Shown: positions 16,415 to 24,798 of the stretch, piece after piece | How the letters are laid out: each line of letters opens with the position of its first letter | Position numbering within the stretch: the stretch's first letter is position 1 | Assembly (NCBI GenBank): GCA_029776205.1 | Contig: JAKOTQ010000107.1 | Coordinates: 20,035 to 52,034 of the forward strand | DNA from: Bacillota bacterium | GTDB taxonomy: Bacteria; Bacillota; UBA4882; UBA8346 | DNA length: 32,000 nucleotides | Direction of reading: 5' to 3' | Notes under the pieces: model-generated | What the model was told of the DNA's origin: nothing | Databases searched by the model: none | What the model saw: only the letters and a program-made list of their open reading frames with translations | Program-made: the position numbers and the translations under genes

Positions 16415-16753
16415 ATGCCTCGGAAGAAAACGGAAGAGGTCGTTGACGGTATTTTTATGGAACCGGTACCGATCACCTTAGGAGATGAAGTGAGGATCCG
16501 ATATAAAGGATTATTGGCCCAATCGGGCGCCAACAAGGTTTATCTGCATATGGGTTATGGAGCCAATGAATGGAGAAATATCGAAGACATTCCTATGCGT
16601 AAACTGAGGGATGGAAGTTGGTCAGCTACGGTCCAAGTCAGTGATCCATCCAGTTTGAATTTTTGCTTCCGGGATGATGCCGAAAATTGGGACAATAACT
16701 ACGGACGAAATTGGACTTATCAGGTGCATGACGGAGATCAACTTTCACATTAA
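16415..16753 (+). CDS. small CBM25/CBM53-like carbohydrate-binding-module protein, paralogue of 14034-14390
   Basis: GGGAGG lies 7 nt upstream of the ATG. YKGLLAQSGANKVYLHMGYGANEW...FCFRDDAENWDNNYGRNW aligns along its length with the other copy. Confidence 0.6.
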   Translation: MPRKKTEEVVDGIFMEPVPITLGDEVRIRYKGLLAQSGANKVYLHMGYGANEWRNIEDIPMRKLRDGSWSATVQVSDPSSLNFCFRDDAENWDNNYGRNWTYQVHDGDQLSH

Positions 16754-16849
16754 AAATTTAAATTTACCATAAAAGGAAAAAATTAGTTTCTCGCGAAATT
16801 AATTACAAAACTTAAAACCGGGTCTCAATCCAAACGAGGAGGGATCGGC

Positions 16850-17206
16850 GTGAAAATCCTCATCGTGGATGATTCGCTGCTTGTCCGAATGATGTTAAAA
16901 GACTGCCTCGTTAAAGCCGGCTTTAAAGTCGTAACTGCGGCCAACTTCAAAGAGGCCGAAGTAATGTTCGCACTATTTCATCCGCAAATCATTATCAAAG
17001 ATTTGTATATGAAAGGATGGAATTTAGTGGATTCGATCCGGTTTTTTAAAGAATTGGATTCTAAGGTTAAAATTATCCTTTGTACAACCCTTTCGTGTAA
17101 TGCTTTGCTTATTGAAGGGCTTAAGGCCGGTGCTACCGATTTTTTAGTCAAACCATTGGATCAAGAGAAAGTCCTAAATTTAGTGAAAAAGCTAGCTGCC
17201 TCCTAG
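16850..17206 (+). CDS. single-domain response regulator (CheY-like receiver)
   Basis: GAGGAGGG lies 6 nt upstream of the GTG. Receiver residues are present: ILIVDD, IIIKDLYM (acceptor Asp), ILCTT and FLVKP. Confidence 0.85.
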   Translation: MKILIVDDSLLVRMMLKDCLVKAGFKVVTAANFKEAEVMFALFHPQIIIKDLYMKGWNLVDSIRFFKELDSKVKIILCTTLSCNALLIEGLKAGATDFLVKPLDQEKVLNLVKKLAAS

Positions 17207-17237
17207 TTTGGTTTAATTTACATAAAGGGATGACAGC

Positions 17238-17978
17238 ATGATTCGACCAAATTACTCCGAAACTATTGTCGGAGTGATTTTTTTGTTCAGGCGATATATT
17301 ATTTTTACATTTGTATTGATAGTAGCCCTTTTCTTGGTTGTACCCATTGGAGCGGATCCCTCCGATGTTGTTCTCGATCAGGAAGTTCAGCTGGAGGTTC
17401 CTGGAGCTTTTAAGACAGTCGATGCGGACGGAAATGGTAAAGCCGAAGCTATCGAATTTACGATCGCCATCAAGTCGTACCGCGAAGGAAACTTTACGCT
17501 GACTGCTACTTTGGAAGCTCAGGAAGGTGCAGACTGGGTTCCGATAGCGACAACCGTTGATTCGTTTAAATGGACTGCCAAGAATAATGTGGCTAAAGTC
17601 GTTTTTTATCCATCCAAACTCATTGAAAAAAAGTTGAACGGCCCTTACCGGGTTAGTGTTGCCTTAAAAGAAGGCAATTGGGGACTTCCGGAGCAGGTGG
17701 CAGGTTTCACGGAGCAATACACATGGCAAATGTTTGAGGACAAAGGGGTAATGGATGAAACTGCTGTCGGCATTGCTTCATCCGCAGACGCCAAACGGGC
17801 TGCTGAAATGTGGGCCACATTAAATAAGATTGAATTAGGCGAATTTGTGGGTGTCAGTTATGATTATGATACCTGGCAAGTTGATTTTAAACCCAAGCGT
17901 TGGAATGGCTGGCTCTATCGTTTTTTGGTCCATGCAGACGGTCAGGTTCGATTTCTGCGGCTTAATCCAAAAGGATAG
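17238..17978 (+). CDS. hypothetical membrane-anchored or secreted protein
   Basis: N-terminal hydrophobic anchor IIFTFVLIVALFLVVPIG. I recognise no family; the C-terminal part is vaguely PepSY-like. Confidence 0.45.
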   Translation: MIRPNYSETIVGVIFLFRRYIIFTFVLIVALFLVVPIGADPSDVVLDQEVQLEVPGAFKTVDADGNGKAEAIEFTIAIKSYREGNFTLTATLEAQEGADWVPIATTVDSFKWTAKNNVAKVVFYPSKLIEKKLNGPYRVSVALKEGNWGLPEQVAGFTEQYTWQMFEDKGVMDETAVGIASSADAKRAAEMWATLNKIELGEFVGVSYDYDTWQVDFKPKRWNGWLYRFLVHADGQVRFLRLNPKG

Positions 17979-18014
17979 AGGATGGATGAGGTGCAGAAAC
18001 ATGTTGAATCGATG

Positions 18015-18052
18015 AAAAAAGGGTTGCCTGATTACATCAGGTAACCCTTTTT
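18015..18052. terminator. bidirectional terminator between convergent genes
   Basis: A6, then GGGTTGCCTGA ttaca TCAGGTAACCC, then T5. The 11-bp stem includes one G-U pair. Confidence 0.8.
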
Positions 18053-18755
18053 AAGCGGCGAAAACATGATCGCCGATTTGGATGATGGTTGTCCGAGACC
18101 GAATCCACTTAGAAGAGGTTTTGGCAGGATTGTAAAAATACAGTGCGCCATAGGTCGGATCCCAGCCCTTCAATGCCAATTGGGCAGCTTTATAGGCGGA
18201 AGCCACCGGTTCGTTCCAGATTTGTCCGTTGGATACGGGTTCAAACTCGCCTTTTTTGAGTACATTGGCTGTGACGGTCTTCGGGAATTTGCCGGATTTT
18301 ATCCGGTTTAAAATTACTGCACCAACTGCAACCTGACCTTGTAACGGTTCTCCTTTGGCCTCGGCGCTGATGATGCGGACCAGCATAGTATATTCTTTTG
18401 CGGATAAGACCGTTTTCGGTGTGGTAGTCTTTGATGCCGTCGTGGAAACTTCGGCACTTTTAGTACTTACTGTTGCTGGTGTGGCCGGCTGGTTTGCTTT
18501 CGTCACTGCTACAGTTGTTGGGTTGGTCATAGCTGTTTGGTTTGTTTTCGTGGCCGGTTTTTCAGTTGTTTTATCTGTTTGTTGAGGCGGCTGAACCGTT
18601 GTCAGGGTTTTAGTCTTGACCGGTTCCTTGACGGTTACCATTGCTGTTTGCCGGGATGAATCGGTACCTGAATCGAAAATGACGACGCTTGGGATAACCA
18701 CCGAATAGCTAAAGATACAAAACGCCATAAGGGAGCTTAATACCTTTTTCGTCAT
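18051..18755 (-). CDS. cell wall hydrolase, SleB/CwlJ family (Hydrolase_2), with signal anchor and T/P/K-rich linker
   Basis: The C-terminal domain LVRIISAEAKGEPLQGQVAVGAVILNRIKSGKFPKTV...GALYFYNP is typical of spore cortex-lytic enzymes. AAGGAGG lies 8 nt upstream of the ATG at 18755, so the tracked 18788 start is less likely. Confidence 0.8.
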   Translation of the reverse strand: MTKKVLSSLMAFCIFSYSVVIPSVVIFDSGTDSSRQTAMVTVKEPVKTKTLTTVQPPQQTDKTTEKPATKTNQTAMTNPTTVAVTKANQPATPATVSTKSAEVSTTASKTTTPKTVLSAKEYTMLVRIISAEAKGEPLQGQVAVGAVILNRIKSGKFPKTVTANVLKKGEFEPVSNGQIWNEPVASAYKAAQLALKGWDPTYGALYFYNPAKTSSKWIRSRTTIIQIGDHVFAA

Positions 18756-18971
18756 TTCAGTCGCCTCCTTTCTATTGTTAAATTCCAAAAATTAATTTCT
18801 AGTCGACAAAAATGACGCATTAAGTATTATAACAGCGGATGCCCTAGAGATGTAGTGGTAATTGTTTGTAATAAATCTTCTGTAAACGGGTAGGAGTTTT
18901 GAGGTGTTTCCCCGAAATAGCTTAGCGAAGTGTAAATAAGGGTAAGTTAAAATAAAGCTGGAGTGGTGATC

Positions 18972-20303
18972 ATGGATTTGTTTTCGCAAGGGCCGGAGAT
19001 CTCCCGGGAAGCTCCGTTGGCAGCCCGGATGCGTCCGCGGTCCTTGGCCGAGTTTTACGGACAAGAACATATTGTCGGAGAAGGCCGTTTGTTACGGAGG
19101 GCGATTGAAGCGGATCGGCTGACTTCGATGATTTTTTATGGGCCACCCGGAACCGGAAAAACCACATTGGCGGAGATCATTGCCAAGACCACCCAATCGC
19201 ATTTTGAACGTTTAAATGCTGTAACGGCCGGTGTAGCTGATATCCGCCGGGTAGTGGATGAAGCACGGGAGCGTTTGAAATTTTACCGTCAAAAAACGCT
19301 CTTATTTATCGATGAGATTCACCGGTTCAGTAAATCGCAACAGGATGCATTGCTGCCGGCGGTGGAGGAAGGAATCATTGTGCTTATCGGAGCCACCACT
19401 GAAAATCCCTTTTACGAAGTGAATGCTCCGTTGGTTTCCCGAAGTATGATCTTCAGGTTAAATCCACTGACCCGGGAAGAATTGAAAGCCATTATTGAAT
19501 CTGCTCTCCGGGATTCGGAGCGGGGCTTGGGTTATATGCGGATCGAGCTTGCCGAAGATGCCCTTGATTTTTTGTTGAATGTAGCCGATGGCGATGCACG
19601 GATGACTTTAAATGCTTTGGAATTGGCAGCGGTCACCACCAAACCGGATCCGGCAACCGGCATTCGGTATTTGACCTTAGCAGTTATGAAAGACTGCATC
19701 CAACAACGTCCGTTGGTCTATGACAAACAAGGGCAGGCCCATTATGATACGATTTCGGCGTTTATCAAGTCGATGCGGGGATCCGATCCGGATGCGGCTG
19801 TTTATTATTTAGCCCGGATGTTAACGGCAGGGGAAGATCCCAAATTTATCGCCCGCCGGATGATGATTCATGCGGCGGAGGATGTGGGCAATGCGGATCC
19901 CAGGGCATTGCTCATCGCGACTGCGGCAGCGCAGGCTGTCGAGATGATTGGGCTTCCTGAAGCGCAGATTATTATGTCTCAGGCGGCCATTTATATTGCA
20001 ACGGCACCTAAATCCAATGCCTGCTGTGCTGCGATTCATCAAGCCATGGCGGATGTTCAGGATCTGGAAAATAAAATGGTCCCTGCGCATTTACGGGACA
20101 GTTCCCATCCGGGCGTCCATAAGCTGGGGGATGGAGTCGGTTATCGCTATCCTCATGATGATCCTGAAGGATATGTCCCTCAAGATTATTTGCCTGAAAA
20201 TCTTTTGGATAAAACCTATTACCATCCCACGAACAGAGGGTATGAGCGGGAGATCCAAGATTATCTCGAACATATTCGTAAGCGGAAAGCAAAAGGAGAA
20301 TAA
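18972..20303 (+). CDS. rarA: replication-associated recombination protein A (RarA/MgsA AAA+ ATPase)
   Basis: Walker A GPPGTGKTT, Walker B LFIDEIHRF. The MgsA C-terminal domain shows HYDTISAFIKSMRGSDPDAAVYYLARML. Confidence 0.9.
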   Translation: MDLFSQGPEISREAPLAARMRPRSLAEFYGQEHIVGEGRLLRRAIEADRLTSMIFYGPPGTGKTTLAEIIAKTTQSHFERLNAVTAGVADIRRVVDEARERLKFYRQKTLLFIDEIHRFSKSQQDALLPAVEEGIIVLIGATTENPFYEVNAPLVSRSMIFRLNPLTREELKAIIESALRDSERGLGYMRIELAEDALDFLLNVADGDARMTLNALELAAVTTKPDPATGIRYLTLAVMKDCIQQRPLVYDKQGQAHYDTISAFIKSMRGSDPDAAVYYLARMLTAGEDPKFIARRMMIHAAEDVGNADPRALLIATAAAQAVEMIGLPEAQIIMSQAAIYIATAPKSNACCAAIHQAMADVQDLENKMVPAHLRDSSHPGVHKLGDGVGYRYPHDDPEGYVPQDYLPENLLDKTYYHPTNRGYEREIQDYLEHIRKRKAKGE

Positions 20304-20306
20304 CTC

Positions 20307-21368
20307 ATGAACAATACTCCCCGGGTGTTGATTTATACGGCAAAACTTATTGACAATTACCGGAAGATTCAGCGTCGGTGTTCGCAAGCGGGGATTGAGA
20401 TTACGGCGGTCGTTAAAGGCGTTGCCGGAGATCGGCGGATCATCCAGGCCTTTGTCGATAGTGGGATCACCGATATTGGGGATTCCCGGTTGGAAAACCT
20501 GCGGTTGATGTCAGATCATCCCCGGGTTTGCCCTACATTACTTCGTTTACCGGCCATGTCCGGATTGGATGAAGTGTTGCGATATGCTAAGCGAAGTTTG
20601 AATGCAGAGATCGAGGTCTTGCGTTTGTTGAACGAGAGGGCTTCGGCTGCCCGTATGACTCATGAAGTCATGTTAATGGTCGATCTGGGCGATCTGCGGG
20701 AAGGCGTCGATCCGGCGGATCTGCGTAGATTGGCAAAGGAGTGCCAGACCTTAACTTCTCTCCGGGTTACCGGGATTGGAACCAATTTTTCCTGCTTTGC
20801 CGGGGTACCGCCCACTGAGGAAAAACTGAAATTGTTGGTTGAATTAGGCCGAATGCTTCGGGATGAATACGGTTTTCCCATCGAACGGGTTTCCGGGGGG
20901 AATTCCAGCAGCTTGCCGTTGGTATACGACGGGACAATACCTTCGGGCATCAATCATTTGCGGATTGGTGAAGGCATTTTACTTGGGAAAGAGACCCTTT
21001 ATGGAAACCGGCTTCCGGATTTGCACCCGGATGCTTTTATTGTTGAGGCGGAGGTGCTTCAGTCTCAGATTAAACGGAGCCGTCCCGAAGGCAAGATCGG
21101 TCGGAATGCTTTTGGCCATGAAGCGGTTATTCCGGAGGTGGAAGCGGGATATCGGGTTCTCTTAAATATTGGAGCCCAGGATGCGGCATTAAACGGATTG
21201 ATGCCGTTAGATCCCGGGATTACTGTCCTCGGTGGCAGCAGCGACTATCTGGTGGCAGCAAGTACCCGGCAGTTGTCGGTAGGTACCCGGCTCCGGTTCA
21301 TCCCTGATTACTGGAGTCTTTTAACCACCATGTCCACCGTTTATATTAAGAAAGAATACTTTGAGTAA
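20307..21368 (+). CDS. alanine/ornithine racemase family PLP-dependent enzyme (YhfX/Orr-like)
   Basis: AAGGAG lies 8 nt upstream of the ATG. The N-terminal TIM-barrel racemase pattern has a candidate PLP lysine in AVVKGVAGD. Length is 353 aa. Confidence 0.7.
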   Translation: MNNTPRVLIYTAKLIDNYRKIQRRCSQAGIEITAVVKGVAGDRRIIQAFVDSGITDIGDSRLENLRLMSDHPRVCPTLLRLPAMSGLDEVLRYAKRSLNAEIEVLRLLNERASAARMTHEVMLMVDLGDLREGVDPADLRRLAKECQTLTSLRVTGIGTNFSCFAGVPPTEEKLKLLVELGRMLRDEYGFPIERVSGGNSSSLPLVYDGTIPSGINHLRIGEGILLGKETLYGNRLPDLHPDAFIVEAEVLQSQIKRSRPEGKIGRNAFGHEAVIPEVEAGYRVLLNIGAQDAALNGLMPLDPGITVLGGSSDYLVAASTRQLSVGTRLRFIPDYWSLLTTMSTVYIKKEYFE

Positions 21369-21622
21369 GCCATGATATGCTGCAGTTTGGGCATTTGGCC
21401 ATTTAGGTTAAAAAGTACATAGTGCACAGTTCGCAGTTTACAAATTAATTTATTGAAAACTGGTTTATAATGTATAATTTTTGTTAGATAATAAGCATGC
21501 AGATTTATCCCAATTTGGAACCGGTTATGCAAAACCAGTCTAAACCAAACTGTCGGCAATGTACTGTGAACCGAGCACACCCATTAGAAAACATGAACAT
21601 TGGGTTAATGTTGTGAGTTATA

Positions 21623-21651
21623 TTGACAGTAAAATAAAGGTATGTTAGGAT
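21623..21651 (+). promoter_or_regulatory. sigma-A type promoter of the iscS-iscU-mnmA operon
   Basis: TTGACA (21623-21628), 17 nt spacer containing TGt, then TAGGAT (21646-21651). Confidence 0.5.
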
Positions 21652-21656
21652 TTAAT

Positions 21657-21683
21657 TAAATCATACTAAATTAGTAGGAATTG
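21657..21683 (+). promoter_or_regulatory. CymR/IscR (Rrf2-family)-type operator overlapping the predicted transcription start
   Basis: TAAATCATACTAAATTAGTAGGAATTG fits most positions of the 27-bp CymR box as I recall it (TAAWNCNNANTWNANNNATMGGAATTW). It contains the inverted repeat TACTAA-a-TTAGTA at 21664-21676. Confidence 0.45.
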
Positions 21684-21746
21684 AAAAGCGGGTGTCCGTA
21701 CCGGTTTCCAAATTCTACGTTTTAAAGTTTCGTGGGAGGTGTAATT

Positions 21747-22955
21747 ATGGGAGAACGGATTTATTTCGACCATGCGGCGACAACCGGGGTTGACCCGAAA
21801 GTATTGGAGGCGATGATTCCGTATTTCAGTCAAACTTTCGGCAATCCGTCGAGCATTCACTCTTTTGGGAGGGAAACCCGGAAGGCTATTGAGGAAGCCC
21901 GTCAGATTGTCGCAGCGGAAATTGGGGCAGCTGCTCCCAATGAAATATATTTTACAGGTAGCGGTTCTGAAAGCGACAATATGGCGTTGCGCGGGGTCGC
22001 CGAGGCTTATCGGGATAAAGGACGACATATTATCACATCATCGATTGAACATCATGCGGTACTGGATACCTGCCATTATTTGGAGAAAAACGGTTATAAG
22101 GTCACATATTTGCCGGTTGATTCCGATGGATTGGTTCATCCGGAGACTGTACTGGACGCGTTAACACCAGAGACCATTTTAGTCTCCATTATGCATGCCA
22201 ATAATGAAATTGGAACCATTCAACCCATTGCCGAAATCGGGAAATTACTTAAAGAGCGGAACATTTTGTTCCATACGGATGCGGTTCAAACGGTAGGGAC
22301 GATTCCTGTGAATGTCCAGGATTTAAACGTTGATTTGCTGTCCATGGCCGCTCATAAATTTTATGGGCCAAAAGGTACCGGTGCTTTATATATCCGACGC
22401 GGGGTCAAGGTAAATCCGTTGATTTACGGAGGTGCTCAGGAACGGAACCGGCGGGCCGGGACGGAAAACATCGCTGGAATCGTCGGACTGGCCAAAGCAT
22501 TGCAACTGGCCAACAGCCATTTGGAAGAGAACCGGGCCCGAATAACGGAACTTAGGGATTATCTGATTGACCGGGTGTTGTCAGAGATGGATTACGTCCG
22601 GTTAAATGGGCATCGCACCAAGCGGCTGCCGGGAAATGCCAATTTCAGTTTCGATTTCATTGAAGGTGAGTCCCTCCTTCTCAATCTTGATTTAAAAGGG
22701 ATTGCAGCGTCCAGCGGTTCAGCATGCACTTCCGGATCATTGGAACCGTCCCATGTTCTACTGGGTATTGGATTGTGCCATGAAACAGCCCATGGTTCTC
22801 TCCGGGTTTCCTTGGGGAAAGGGAACACCCGTGAGGAAGTAGATTACTTTATGAGCGTTTTGCCGGAGATCGTGAATAAACTCCGGGCTATGTCGCCTTT
22901 ATATCATGCAGAAACTGAACGAAAGGAGTGCGCGTCATGTACACGGAAAAGGTAA
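21747..22955 (+). CDS. iscS: cysteine desulfurase (NifS/IscS type)
   Basis: GGGAGGTG lies 5 nt upstream of ATG 21747. Motifs: YFDHAATT, SSIEHHAV, PLP-Lys in SMAAHKFYGPKG, active-site loop SSGSACTS. Confidence 0.9.
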   Translation: MGERIYFDHAATTGVDPKVLEAMIPYFSQTFGNPSSIHSFGRETRKAIEEARQIVAAEIGAAAPNEIYFTGSGSESDNMALRGVAEAYRDKGRHIITSSIEHHAVLDTCHYLEKNGYKVTYLPVDSDGLVHPETVLDALTPETILVSIMHANNEIGTIQPIAEIGKLLKERNILFHTDAVQTVGTIPVNVQDLNVDLLSMAAHKFYGPKGTGALYIRRGVKVNPLIYGGAQERNRRAGTENIAGIVGLAKALQLANSHLEENRARITELRDYLIDRVLSEMDYVRLNGHRTKRLPGNANFSFDFIEGESLLLNLDLKGIAASSGSACTSGSLEPSHVLLGIGLCHETAHGSLRVSLGKGNTREEVDYFMSVLPEIVNKLRAMSPLYHAETERKECASCTRKR

Positions 22956-23311
22956 TGGACCATTTTCAAAATCCCCGTAATGTCGGTGAACTTAGCGATG
23001 CCAACGGCATTGGTGAAGTGGGCAATGCTACCTGCGGGGATATTATGAAGATATATATCAAAGTTGAAGATAACCGGATTGTGGATATTAAATTTAAAAC
23101 CTTTGGTTGCGGTGCTGCTATCGCCACCAGCAGCATGGTAACGGAGATGGTGAAGGGCAAGACGATAGAGGAGGCCCTCCAAGTTACCAACAAAGCGGTA
23201 GCTGAGGCATTGGATGGCCTTCCTCCTGCAAAAATGCATTGTTCAAATTTGGCAGCTGACGCATTGCATAAGGCCATCGAAAATTATCGGGCAGGTCAGA
23301 ACGGCGGATGA
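22937..23311 (+). CDS. iscU: Fe-S cluster assembly scaffold protein (IscU/NifU N-terminal type)
   Basis: AAGGAG lies 8 nt upstream of ATG 22937. Motifs: VMDHFQNPRNVG, GNATCGD, FKTFGCGAAIA, KMHCSNLA. Confidence 0.9.
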   Translation: MYTEKVMDHFQNPRNVGELSDANGIGEVGNATCGDIMKIYIKVEDNRIVDIKFKTFGCGAAIATSSMVTEMVKGKTIEEALQVTNKAVAEALDGLPPAKMHCSNLAADALHKAIENYRAGQNGG

Positions 23312-24393
23312 AGCAGCGGGTCATTATGGCGATGAGCGGAGGGGTCGACAGCTCGGTGGCAGCAGCCTTACTCTTGGAAGAGGGATATGAAGTGATCGGC
23401 GTCACGATGCAGCTCTGGGATAATGATCTTCCCTATGGCACTGAGGTGGAAGGGGGTTGCTGTTCCCTGAGTGCAGTGGATGATGCACGGGCAGTGGCTA
23501 ACACCTTGGGTATTCCCTATTATGTGCTGAACATGCATGCTCCATTTCGAGAGAAAGTGATTGACTATTTTGTTGATGAGTACCTGCAGGGGCGGACCCC
23601 CAATCCCTGTATTGTCTGTAATAAAAGCGTCAAGTTCGATCTTTTGCTGGAGAAAGCAGCTTCGCTGGATGGAGATTTTCTTGCCACCGGTCATTATGTC
23701 CGTCGCAGCTTTGATGCTGAAAGAGGGCGATTTATCCTTCGTCGAGGCGTCGATCTTTCGAAAGATCAAAGTTATGTGTTGTATGGAATGACCCAACCTC
23801 AGTTAGCAAAGACTTTATTTCCGCTGGGTGGTTATACCAAAGCCGCCATTCGGGAGAAAGCGGCTGAATTGGGTTTGAGAGTGGCCTCCAAACCGGACAG
23901 CCAGGAGATCTGTTTTGTTCCGGACCAGGATTATGGCCGCTTTATTGAGGATTATCAGCCCGGGTCTGTCCAGCCCGGCAATATTGTGGATGAGAGTGGC
24001 AAAGTCTTGGGACGCCATCGCGGGATCATTCATTATACCATCGGGCAGCGGAAAGGGCTGGGGATTGCCGCTCCGGAACCCTTGTTTGTCAAGGAGATTC
24101 GTCCGGATACCAATGAAATCGTGGTGGGGCCGGCTGAATCCGTTTTCTTTAAAGGCCTGTTAGCCAATGAGCTCAATTGGATCCTTTGGGATGATTTAAA
24201 CGGGGAATTGGAAGCCCAAGCCAAGATTCGTTACAGTGCCCAGCCTGTACCGGCACTAATAAAACCGGAACCTGGCGGCCGGGTCCGTGTAGAATTTGAA
24301 ACGCCTCAACGGGCAGTTACTCCGGGACAGGCTGTGGTCTTTTACCAACAGGATCTGGTTTTGGGTGGAGGAACCATCGTGCAGGCGATATAA
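23308..24393 (+). CDS. mnmA: tRNA 2-thiouridine(34) synthase MnmA
   Basis: PP-loop AMSGGVDSS, NPCIVCN, ATGHY, DQSYVL. The start overlaps the iscU stop (ATGA). Confidence 0.95.
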   Translation: MKQRVIMAMSGGVDSSVAAALLLEEGYEVIGVTMQLWDNDLPYGTEVEGGCCSLSAVDDARAVANTLGIPYYVLNMHAPFREKVIDYFVDEYLQGRTPNPCIVCNKSVKFDLLLEKAASLDGDFLATGHYVRRSFDAERGRFILRRGVDLSKDQSYVLYGMTQPQLAKTLFPLGGYTKAAIREKAAELGLRVASKPDSQEICFVPDQDYGRFIEDYQPGSVQPGNIVDESGKVLGRHRGIIHYTIGQRKGLGIAAPEPLFVKEIRPDTNEIVVGPAESVFFKGLLANELNWILWDDLNGELEAQAKIRYSAQPVPALIKPEPGGRVRVEFETPQRAVTPGQAVVFYQQDLVLGGGTIVQAI

Positions 24394-24472
24394 TCTATGT
24401 TTAGCCGAGACTTTTCCGGGGGATAATAAGCACTGTGAATGCAAATTGTCTCCCGGAAAAGAGGTGAACTAA

Positions 24473-24721
24473 GTGAATAAAGTTATTAGCGGAGTGATTG
24501 CCGGAAGTATGGTTGGGGCGGCCGTCGGTGCGGCGATGTTATTTCAAAATAACCGGAACCGCCATCGTTGGATGCGTATGAGTTATCGACGGGGCCGACA
24601 ATTTAGCCGCCAAGCCGGACATACTTGGAAAATGGTGCGGGATCAAGCCATGCATTTGACTTCAGGTATGCGGCGGAATACGGGAATGATGTCCCGAAAT
24701 TTTATCCGGCGTATGCATTAA
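24473..24721 (+). CDS. small basic protein with an N-terminal Gly/Ala-rich TM helix; hypothetical
   Basis: GAGGTG lies 6 nt upstream of the GTG. A strong terminator follows. Confidence 0.5.
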   Translation: MNKVISGVIAGSMVGAAVGAAMLFQNNRNRHRWMRMSYRRGRQFSRQAGHTWKMVRDQAMHLTSGMRRNTGMMSRNFIRRMH

Positions 24722-24753
24722 CTTAATATGGTATTCATATTTTCCGAGATATA

Positions 24754-24775
24754 GGCGCACAATTGTGCGCTTTTC
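24754..24775 (+). terminator. Rho-independent terminator
   Basis: Perfect palindrome GCGCACAATTGTGCGC followed by TTTT. Confidence 0.8.
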
Positions 24776-24798
24776 TAATAAGTCGAGTTAAAGATTAA

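Noticed and set aside
18355-18585. 76-aa plus-strand ORF (V/A/F-rich) inside the SleB-like gene
   Set aside because: It lies antisense to the T/P/K-rich low-complexity linker of a well-supported gene, so it is a shadow frame.
21341-21580. 79-aa minus-strand ORF overlapping the end of the racemase-like gene
   Set aside because: The region is AT-rich and intergenic. There is no RBS, the composition is low-complexity, and it overlaps a supported gene end.
21497-21616. 39-codon ORF (MQIYPNLEPVMQNQSKPNCRQCTV...) with a CxxC pair in the iscS upstream gap
   Set aside because: There is no SD. The nearby TATAAT elements have poor -35 partners and poor spacing. Nothing supports translation.
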